Shown piece after piece: positions 19,601 through 28,500 of a DNA stretch of 64,000 nucleotides; positions within the stretch are counted from its first letter, which is position 1, and each line of letters begins with the position of its first letter. Source of the DNA: a virus; IMG/VR virus record IMGVR_UViG_3300032304_000900, positions 13,914-77,913 of that record; one strand, written 5' to 3'. Under the pieces are notes generated by a model that saw only the letters and a list, made by a program, of their open reading frames with translations, searched no databases and was not told the origin of the DNA. The position numbers and the translations under genes were made by a program.

Positions 19601-21934
19601 CCCTGTTCCAGGAGTTGTTATTGTTGCAGTATAAGAACTATCTACACGTGATACAGAAATTACTGCTCCATATCCACGAATGTTTGTATATGTTTCTTGT
19701 GTATAGAATAGATCAGCAAAATCATTAAATACTCGACTTTTTACATCACCAACTGTTGTAGATAAAAATCTTCCAGTAGTATCAGATCCTGCTGCAGTGT
19801 CTGAGTAACTTCTAACATAAGAAACAGTTTTTCTAAATGTTTCTGTAAAAGTTACAAGATCGTGATCTAATGAATACGCTTGTCTCCAAAACTCTTGAGC
19901 AATTTCTTGATCAATATCTGCGCCAAGCGACAGTTCATTAAAATCAGTCCAAGTAGCATCATAGTAATATGTAAATGGACCAATTCGCTTAGAATAATTC
20001 TTAGCAAAAGTTTCGTTTAGTTTTAGGTATTCAACTCTGTAATCTGGATAGTATTGACAGAGTTCATATGTTCCCTGAAGTTCATTAAAGTCTGACCATA
20101 CATTAAATACATTTTCTCCAGCAATTTTATTATATGTAATAACATCTGTATCTTGTGCCTTTGCTGTGTCAGCGTAAGTTTTAACATATGATACAATTTT
20201 TCTAACACTATCAGTGATTCGTTGCGTATCTGCTGGTGGGAAAGCTGCAGGTTCAATAATAGAACTGAAGTACATGCTGTCACTAACACGAATAACATCA
20301 GCAAGAACTTTACTAAACACTCTTGCTGTAATTTGGTCAGCTGATCTAGAAACATCAGCGAGTGATCTTGGATACAAAGCAACACGAGAAAATGTTTCGG
20401 ATGCGCCAGCAGTGTCGCTAAACGATCTTACATAAGAAACTATTTTGCTAAAATTATCTACTGTTGATGATGAATCGGAATGTGAACGAACGAAAGAAAC
20501 AACTTTGGAGAAATTGTCTGTTAGATAAGAGGTATCTGACTTGCCTCTGATGTAAGAAACAACTTTGGAGAAATTATCACTAACATTTTGTAATTCAGAG
20601 AAAGCACGATTGAATTGTTTTATCGTTGCAATAATGTCAGCAGTATCAACTGTGTTTGCGCCAGAGTTAAAGCTGCGAGAGAACTGAACAATTTTATTAA
20701 AACTATCTCCAGCTGCAATTAAATTTTGTTTTGGTTTAAAATATTGTATTGTTGAATCATCTGCTGTTGCTTCAGTATCACTAAATGGTGCTTTGCTTAA
20801 TGATTTTGCTGCTAATTCTGGTATTGTTAGTGTGTCACTATATGCTCTTACGAAATTAACAATTCTAGAAAATACATCAACTGCAGTGTCCGTGTCATTA
20901 AAAACACGATTAAACGAAACAACTCTTGTTAATTGTTGATTAACTGTAAGTCTGTCTGTTCTTGGTTTGTTTACAACTCTAGAAAGATTTTCTTGTGGTC
21001 TTGCAACATCTTGGAAAAAACGAACAAACGAAACAATTCTTGCAAGCGAATCTGAGATAGCAGAAAGATCAACTTCTGAATCACTTACGACAAGAACACC
21101 TGACTCACCAAGAAACTGATCAGCGACCAATAAGAAATCAGAAACTCTTTTAGTAAATACTAATGTTCTCGAATCATTGCCTCTAAGTATTTCGCTAACA
21201 TTTTTACCAAAGTTAATTATATCAGAATCACTTAATCCAAATGTATCAGATCTTGGTTTACTAATCAGTTTGGGGAAAGTATCAGCAAGAGAAACAACAT
21301 CAGTTTTTGGTTTAGTTATTGCAAATGTTTTCGCATCAGCAGTTTGAATGATGTCTTGTTTACTGCGTAAGAATGTAACAACTTTACTGAAGTTATCAGA
21401 TGATTGTAAAACCTCAGTAAAGTTTTTACCTACAGTGAATACACGTGCATCAGTATAAGACGCAGTATCTGCGAATGGTGCTTTGGATATTGTCTTGGCT
21501 GGTTGGTCTTGAGATATTGTTGTATCGTTATACGATCTATAGAAAGAAACAACTCGAGTAAGAACATCATTAAGCGTGACGATTTGAGCATGGAATTTAC
21601 CAAGATTGACAATAGAAACATCATCGGTAATTCCAACAGCATCAATTGCTGCTTTTGTTAATTGTAAAGTTTTGGCATCGATAACAACACCAGACTCAAC
21701 AAGAGTAAGAAGTCTACTAAGAACATCGTAAGCAACTCGAACAGCTGCAGCACCTGTACGTGCGCTTGCCATTGCTGCTCGAACAGCTGCAGCTGGCATC
21801 GCTACTGCTTTTTGTACTGTTTGTCTTAGATTTTCTGTCGAAATGCTTTTTGTTTCTGAACGAGATGATGCCGTAACCTTGTTCGGTGTACTGCTTATCT
21901 TGTTGTTTTTGTCAGAACCTTTAGCATTTGACAT
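16610..21934 (-). CDS. Long repeat-rich fibre-like virion protein (1774 aa)
   Basis: About 19-20-aa tandem repeats (SDxxxxxDxFSKVVSxVRSx) interspersed with W-x-D-[YF]-x-E-L inserts; C-terminal YFADDY. Confidence 0.65.
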   Translation of the reverse strand: MSNAKGSDKNNKISSTPNKVTASSRSETKSISTENLRQTVQKAVAMPAAAVRAAMASARTGAAAVRVAYDVLSRLLTLVESGVVIDAKTLQLTKAAIDAVGITDDVSIVNLGKFHAQIVTLNDVLTRVVSFYRSYNDTTISQDQPAKTISKAPFADTASYTDARVFTVGKNFTEVLQSSDNFSKVVTFLRSKQDIIQTADAKTFAITKPKTDVVSLADTFPKLISKPRSDTFGLSDSDIINFGKNVSEILRGNDSRTLVFTKRVSDFLLVADQFLGESGVLVVSDSEVDLSAISDSLARIVSFVRFFQDVARPQENLSRVVNKPRTDRLTVNQQLTRVVSFNRVFNDTDTAVDVFSRIVNFVRAYSDTLTIPELAAKSLSKAPFSDTEATADDSTIQYFKPKQNLIAAGDSFNKIVQFSRSFNSGANTVDTADIIATIKQFNRAFSELQNVSDNFSKVVSYIRGKSDTSYLTDNFSKVVSFVRSHSDSSSTVDNFSKIVSYVRSFSDTAGASETFSRVALYPRSLADVSRSADQITARVFSKVLADVIRVSDSMYFSSIIEPAAFPPADTQRITDSVRKIVSYVKTYADTAKAQDTDVITYNKIAGENVFNVWSDFNELQGTYELCQYYPDYRVEYLKLNETFAKNYSKRIGPFTYYYDATWTDFNELSLGADIDQEIAQEFWRQAYSLDHDLVTFTETFRKTVSYVRSYSDTAAGSDTTGRFLSTTVGDVKSRVFNDFADLFYTQETYTNIRGYGAVISVSRVDSSYTATITTPGTGYTAGNFFTVDLGNGKSCSFTVATVDGTGGILTISGLTVNFSTVRSSVLSDFLDFTYPIIDDSESINNFTITFTETGPFVSNIGPTSLSRHNVLGQELLFTLRDRSDGDKVSYTDSTARTFTKIAVDPYPQGFWNDYNELSFGGPSYLDQELTQTFIKSKPTSVTILDVCSKATLGLTKTNSEIINLLEVRTLTLRKPSADTAAAGNETLTKVVNKTAGEIQVNTWTDLQEFIFSGIMGIDYGTKYDAILVPDLAAKGFTKTLYFDSYVWRDYNDLTFATATDQFSTFTWGSREYTEITRVADDARRSIRPNKSEQINLAEGIGKEVSINGGDGRLASYFRDWLGINPIGEHSPTGEPIMDEELTLTFVPGSKTDFVRTTDSAPKTFTKSPIIRVSPYWSDFAELTLATEYDQELVQYQPTTRPETIKTADLFTKIWTASKTFNDTVTITDSMLLSKNGGPLFTLLYGTNDISRASESLARYVGLAAGNVSSYYSTWQDYPELEVSLELAQYYYRGTDSTVDIGKITDQKANLFTKQGGRTQSIMDYFFNEEIFYDRDLRLQFAQDYVTEIIRPVEVIRLDYGKISVEFVGLTETMPRVITKPYIGDTTVSVDRNIWNPLYIAYVSNYEEDIRFGNYPDYKIDRVTLPDADVINYTKVGGQDPVNTWNDYLETARSVYDLTLLTYGYYGPSNNAFPYTIFNKYTEEFVYEELYELIRTPFRTEFMVAADALSKTVNFNRVCAETPTAVSQPSIQFSPGAKAEIINAGFNSNRQFGKTAGSNVWQVWNDYNEFHPFNELAQNYPDYRVEYLTSVDVIVKRPTKGLSDVPRATDSVIFAKGKNSSDLSRATDLPQKGYSKILGDQSDFFWIDSYEILSFDPRLLTFGAYTEFKRDKVRTVDSDTIQYNKQGGSYRAHIWNDYMELENFNELTQYWPDYVTELMLPADETIFSVTKRVSDTFEANTSGAARLYPPNGYATNTPIIYFADDYEQSIVTSTF
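20370..20600 (-). repeat. Most conserved block of the 60-bp (20-aa) coding tandem repeat
   Basis: SELQNVSDNFSKVVSYIRGK / SDTSYLTDNFSKVVSFVRSH / SDSSSTVDNFSKIVSYVRSF / SDTAGASETFSRVALYPRSL; the DNA string aagaaacaactttggagaaatt recurs at 60-bp spacing. Confidence 0.85.
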
Positions 21935-21940
21935 TTTTAT

Positions 21941-21969
21941 TTGACATTAATTTGAGCGAACTGTATAAT
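21941..21969 (+). promoter_or_regulatory. Consensus sigma70 promoter, antisense to the late structural operon
   Basis: TTGACA (21941-46), 17 bp, TATAAT (21964-69) in a 56-bp intergenic gap; no downstream plus-strand gene. Confidence 0.8.
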
Positions 21970-21990
21970 AACAGTGTTGGGTTTCTATGT

Positions 21991-22329
21991 TTAAACCTGC
22001 GTAATCTGTGGTGACACAATAATTATTCCTTCAACTGGTCTTGTTCTATAAGTAGAAGTATCAACCATTTCTATATCATAAAGATATCTTCCTGGTTTTA
22101 ATGCGCCTGTTTGAGTAGCAGTTAATGAAAGAATAACTTGTCCTGTTGCGGGAGAGGGAACTGTGCATGTAAAAGTAGTCGCAGTTGATGACGCATAAGA
22201 TTTTCTCATTTGCGAAGTAAATGAGTAACCAGTTAAATTTAATGGCGTAATTCCATTATCAGCATATAATGTAATGCCAGTGGAAAAATCTGCTCCTTGA
22301 TCGATATAAAGTGCTTGTACTAATGCCAT
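21991..22329 (-). CDS. Small Ig-like/BppU-like virion protein
   Basis: LYIDQGADFS...LNLTGYSFTSQMRKSY...LSLTATQT..LKPGRYLYDIE...EGIIIVSPQIT, a common T4-like structural family. Confidence 0.65.
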   Translation of the reverse strand: MALVQALYIDQGADFSTGITLYADNGITPLNLTGYSFTSQMRKSYASSTATTFTCTVPSPATGQVILSLTATQTGALKPGRYLYDIEMVDTSTYRTRPVEGIIIVSPQITQV

Positions 22330-22556
22330 TAAAGTTTCTCTACTAAAAATTTTAAAATTTGTTTTATTTCAGCAATATCTTCTTTCATATTATCAACTTC
22401 TTGCCTAATATCATTCATTTGCTCACGTTTGGCTTTATTAACAGCGCATTGAGCCAAATATGCTTCATATCCTGCTTTATCATTATTTAGAACAACACCT
22501 GTATTTGCATCTTTATACAGGTGTCTTTCTCCTTCAACTTTAACCAGATTTTCCAT
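22329..22556 (-). CDS. Conserved hypothetical protein with C-terminal coiled coil
   Basis: VKVEGERHLYKDANTGVVLN followed by a coiled coil; translationally coupled (TAATG overlaps) on both sides. Confidence 0.75.
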   Translation of the reverse strand: MENLVKVEGERHLYKDANTGVVLNNDKAGYEAYLAQCAVNKAKREQMNDIRQEVDNMKEDIAEIKQILKFLVEKL

Positions 22557-25500
22557 TATGCAGTAGCGATAATTCTTAGATCTTTAATCCTTGGCACAAA
22601 TGCTGGGTTTCTAGATCTCATAACAATCTTAATAATTGCTGTATTAAATGAAGATAAATTATCAACAGTAAATGAATGGTCAATAAATTCTTCAATATTA
22701 TCTGTAGTAGTTAACTGTCCTCTACTTGTCAATGTTGGATTGTTTCCACCATAATTAGATTGATCACCACTTACAACAATATCAGGAAGAATTCTAAAGA
22801 ATAAGTCATCTTCAATTGATGCTTGATCTTTTTGGTTTACATCAGTAAACGAATGCGATTCTTGAACAGCTGTTGCTGTAATATTTATCGGAGTAAATCC
22901 AGGAGTTGCTCTTCCTATCTCAATAGCATTTTGATATGTGGTTGCTAATTTAATTGAGGTCGTAGTAACTACAACTGCATAATAAACAGTCCCTGTTCTT
23001 AAATTAGTAATAGTATTAGAACCAGCATTATAAAGTACAGCAGAGCCAGTATTCAAATTATGTGCAATTGGAAAATATATAATTTCATTTGTACTGTCAA
23101 CACCATATGGATTTGTAACCGCATTGTATTCATTTGAACTAAAAGACAATGCTGCTGATGATGTAGCATTTCCAGCATTTGATGTTTTAGCGTAAACTTC
23201 AACTTCTGCATTTGGTGGTGAGGTAAATGTCAACAAATTAGTTGGCGTTCTTGTACTTAATGTTGGTTCTACAAGACCAGTTACTGCTTGATTTAATTTT
23301 ATTACAGGATTGAAGAATGTAATAATATTATTGTTTTGGTTAAAGTAGAATGAGCTACTGAAACCAATAGATGACCATTCATCAGCTGCGCTCAATTTTT
23401 CAAGAACAATAGACTTAGCATCAAGATTTATTCTCAACACACGACGAATAGTTGCAGGAGACCAACCGAATGTGCCATCATTCGAGTTGTAGAACTTAAT
23501 ATAGCAGTACATACCCAACTTAATGTCAGAAAGATTATCAACAAAAACTGTCATATTGTTAGTTGTTGGGTCAATACCACCAGTAGTTGTGTTTGTTAAT
23601 GTTATTGGATTATCCGCTGATGCTTGAACGAAAGAACCTGTAGCATACGAACCAACTTTCTTAGTAAAGTATGTATTTTTTGGAGCAGATGTTACATATG
23701 TTCCAGATGGTATTGGCGATCCTGCTCCACTATATGTAACATAATCACCAACATCAATTTGTTTAGTTTTATTTGACTGTGTAATATCAAACGCAGTAAA
23801 GAAATAAACAGAACCAGATGTTGATGATGGGATTGTTGCCTTTAATGATTTGTCTATTGTTACAATTAAACCAGCGATACCATTAACACGTGTTCCTTCT
23901 TGAATTCCTGGTCCATAAACATACATACCATCGACGATATTGGTTACTGCTACAAATTCGATAGCAGTTGTACCGATTGGGTATGATGTGGAAATTTTAC
24001 TTCTTTGAACTATAATCGCTGGATGCTCAGAAGTTCTTGAGCCAGACTGGAATTTAATTGGTAATGTTACAGTTGGTGTGCTCTTATCAACACGGCAGTT
24101 AGAAGGAATAGAAGCAGCAAATTGAACCTTCAGTAACTTAGATGTATTTTTAAATTGAAGTTTGCGTGTAATATAACCCATCTGTACGCCACCTTCTTTA
24201 TTGTCGTATTCAGAGTTATAAATTTCTGCACCATCAAAACCACCAGTAGCTGAAAAATAGTTACTGTTGATGCTCTTAGTTGTTAGTGGATCATCAATAC
24301 GGTTTTGTGTAACGATTGCCATTGCGCGATCTAAGTCGATTACTGGAGATAAAAACTTAGTTGACGATTGCAATTGAACACGCATTTCAAACGAAGAAGC
24401 ACGATCTAATAAATCTGCTTCATTTTGTTTATTTAAAATAACACGTTGCGAATTAAAATAATTATTATCATTTAAAACAATATTTGTCCAATTATCATCT
24501 TTCTGATATGGTGTTTCAGATCCAGTTGGGCTGCGACCAGATGTTGTTTTAACTTGCGCATTTACAGCAGTTGATTGGAAATTTAATACTTCAAGCACTG
24601 GATGCAATGTAGTAAATTGCGCATTTCTTGTAGCAAAAATTTGATCGCCACCAAATTGACCTGATGATGTAGCAAGTTTTGCAACAGGTCCATCGTAAAT
24701 GCGAATACTGTATAAGTCATGACTATACACTTTGTAAACTTCATGTTTAACTAAGTTACCAGTTGACACAAATGTAGATGTTCTAATATCAAATTGATTT
24801 CTAGTAAATGTTTCACTATTAAAATCAGTATTATTAAATCCAAATTGATCTGAACCAGTTACATTTCTATAAGAAACAAATGAACCAGTAGACATACCAT
24901 GATTTGGGTGACGCACAATAATTTCGCTTGTTCCTAATTTTGCACGGAATGGGTTTAATGCGAGTGATGTAAATCTTGTAGCTCTTCCAGCATTAGATGC
25001 TGGTAATACATCACCAGCTGTGAATGTTAAATAATTACCAGTTGTGGTAGTTCCTCCAAGATCTGTAGAACCTGATGTTGTATTAAATACAGCACGGAAA
25101 ATGTTACACTTTAAATCTTGTGTTGGTGATTCTGTCCAAGTTGATGCATTTTGAGATTTAAATAAAGAACCAAGAGAAGGACTTTTTAAAACTCTTCCTA
25201 ATCTTGCTGGCGAAACATCAGTTCTATCTAATGTCGCACACCACAATCTGTGTTGTGTAGACGCAGCTATTACAATAAGAGCGTATAATGTATCATTCTT
25301 AACATGAACAGGTGCAGGGAATCTAACTACTGTTCCAACACTTGCATCTCTAGACGTCAATATATCTGCTGGATAAACAACTTTTTGTCCAAATGGAAGA
25401 ACAGTAGTTGTTGGAAATCCAGATTGTGTTGTGCGAATTTCAACTACGACTGGGGTAGTGGTATCTTTTGATTCAAAGAACAACTCTACTTCTGTTAAGA

Positions 25501-28500
25501 AACACCCCTCAGGATTTGAACTGTCTTGCGCAGTAACCATAAATGTTTGCGCCAATGGATCATTACCACCACCTCCACCATCTCCAGCTGGTGCTGGGGG
25601 AGGATCAGGTTCGAAAGTGAAAGTTGTTGTTGACGATAGTTGTTGTATAAATGATCTATTTCTTTGTACGGGACCAGAACCAATAGATGCATTACGAACG
25701 CCAATTATACCACCTTGAGTAGCATCTATAATACCAACAGCAGCATATACGCCTTCTGCATATGTCGTTCTTGCTGTTGGAGAATTGGTTGTTGAGTCTG
25801 ATAACATAAACACACGACGACCAGTCAAAAATCTTGGTGACGCACGATTGTTAATAACCTGACCAGATGTTAAGTGCCAAACACCAGCACAGCGACCAGT
25901 TCCTGTTGTTACTAAAACACCAGGAGCAGCTGCTTCAATATGATTTGAACCACGCAATTGCAATGTTAATACACCACCATTTAATTTAGTGCTTCTGATT
26001 GTACCAAGAATTGTTTCACCAGCTCTGAATGATCCACGAACATTAATTACATGTAGTGTATCTAAAACACCATCTGGTTGACCAGTTGATGCGTTTGTGG
26101 ATTGTTCATGTAAAATAACAATAGCAGTAGCACCTGATGTTTGGCCACGAATAATTTCTCCTTTAGTAAACGCAGTAACTTCTGAGTTTGGTGCAATAAG
26201 CGCACGAGCAGTATCGTTTAATGATTGAGAAATTGTTAAAGATGTTGGTTGTGTTTGAGTGCCACTAAAAATGGTAGTAAAGATACTTGTAAAAGATGCA
26301 AGTTCGTTTGCTAACGAACCCATAAATGTTCTTTCATAATTTGATGCACTACCTGCTTCAATAGCATCAGTATTATATGTTAAAAACACTTGTCTTTCTG
26401 TGTTTGTTGCACCAAATTGATATGGCACCTCTGCATAGTTAAATCTTCTGGTAGCAAGAAATAGTCTTGTTGCTTGTGTGCAGTAATCTGTTACATTAGT
26501 CTCATCACAAAAACCATAAACACGTGTTCCTGCTCTCATCGCAGAACCAACAAATACAACAGGACGTGAGCGAATGTAAGAAATAGATTGTCTTGCTGTC
26601 AATCTTCCTTTAACTTCAGTTAGACCAACACTTTCATTGAGTGAAGTTTGTGTTCCTCTTCCAGTCTCATTAACTTGTTGTGTAACAACTGAAGTTGTTG
26701 ATGTCCATGTTCCTCCAGCATCTCTCCAACTAGCACTAGAAACAGTTGTTATTGGACGACCGAGTGATGATACTTGCCAATTATTCCAAATTGTTCCGAA
26801 ATCAATACCAAGCGCATCAGCCTGCGCAGCGACGCTATCATATGTTCCACCTTCATTGATTACAAGTTCTTGTGGGATGTTTGTCTCAACCCAAGAATCT
26901 GTAGATGGATATAATGCTACAACACCAGTTCCTGCAGGTTGAGTGAGAGAAGTGATCGTGGTAAATTCTGTAGCATATGGTTGCTCCATAATTATTAAAT
27001 CATTGTTTTCACGAATTAACGCTTCTTTTCTAGATCTTTCTGCAGCAGTAGCATTATTACCTTTATTAGTAATAGATTGAATTTCGTTTTTATTTTTGTA
27101 ATAAAACTCCACACCAGTAAAATATGGTAGAGTTACAATGTTTCCCTCATGTATACGATACCCAGCAGCGTTACGTTCTTGAGCTGTTCTTGCTACTTCA
27201 TATAAATCAACACCAGTTGTATTAAACGCTGGTCGTAAAACACGTTCAATAATATCAATGGAGCACTCATAATCTGGATCTAATACGTTACCTACTCTAT
27301 GTCCTGTGAAATTATCTACAATAAATCCATTTTTAAATCTATCTAAACCATCTTGATCTTTAATAGAAAATTGTGCTGTTTCTTTCTCGAGAGCATTTAA
27401 TGTTACTGTTTGTTCAAGATTGCTAATTCGTTTTTCTAACTTAGCAATATCTTTCATTGTAAATCTGCGATTATCAATTGGCTTAATAATAATATTACTA
27501 GAGTTTGCTCTGTAAGTATATGGTTTGTATTCAATGTCGAACAGATGCATTGTATCATCTGGAGTTTGTGGTAACTGTGGATTATCAGAAGAAACACCTT
27601 GAATTAAATTAAAACCACCAGTTTTACTTAAAACAATTTTATCTTTTCTTGGTAGATAATACGCGAAGTCACATTGAAGACCATAAAGACGTTGTGGTAA
27701 AGATGTTAATGACGCTGTTCCACCATCGAATGTTCCACCATCATTAACACGTGGACGGAAATCCAGAACATCACGCAAACCTGTAGTTCTTCCTGTAATT
27801 TTACTAAAGAAATTTGGAATTTCTTCGTATAACAAATCAGGATATGAGTCAGCAGAAAAATAATCGCCAGAAGAGTGTTCAAAATACTCAAATGTTACAC
27901 GAATTGGACCTGTTGGGAAAGGTACTGATTTACCTTTAATCAAACGACCTAAGTCATAGTGCGTATCACGCTGACCATTATCGAACTCATAATTACTTGT
28001 AATGTCAATACCAGAACCAGTAAGCAATCCAGAGATATCATTACCAAAAATTACATTTGGAAACATTTCTACTCTTAATACACGATAGATGTCAGCTTTA
28101 TTAATGTTAATAATATCAAGTTCTACTGTTGTTTGTAGTGTTAAATCTAAAGTAGCAGACACAAGAGATTTAACTTTTTCTTTTGCATTAATCAGACGTT
28201 TTAAAACTGGAGCATATATTGTATATGAATCGTTTTGTAAATTAGCAATTGCGCCAGCACGACTTGAAGATGCAACTAATCTAATAATTGCTGTATTTGA
28301 TGTTGTTAATGTTACATCAAATACAGTCATTGCTTCACCAGTTGTATTGTTGATAACAATAAATGCATTTGGTGTTGTAATTTGTAGTTGATCTGGATCT
28401 GGAACTGATAAATTAATACTTACAAATGTTGTTCCAGCATCACCAGAAGCAGTATACTTCTCTAGTGTTGTATATGTTGTATTGTTATCTTGTAAAGTTT

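Noticed and set aside
16610-21934. CRISPR array or diversity-generating retroelement as the source of the repeats
   Set aside because: The repeats are degenerate in-frame coding repeats with no identical repeat-spacer pattern, no adenine-specific TR/VR pair and no reverse transcriptase in the window.
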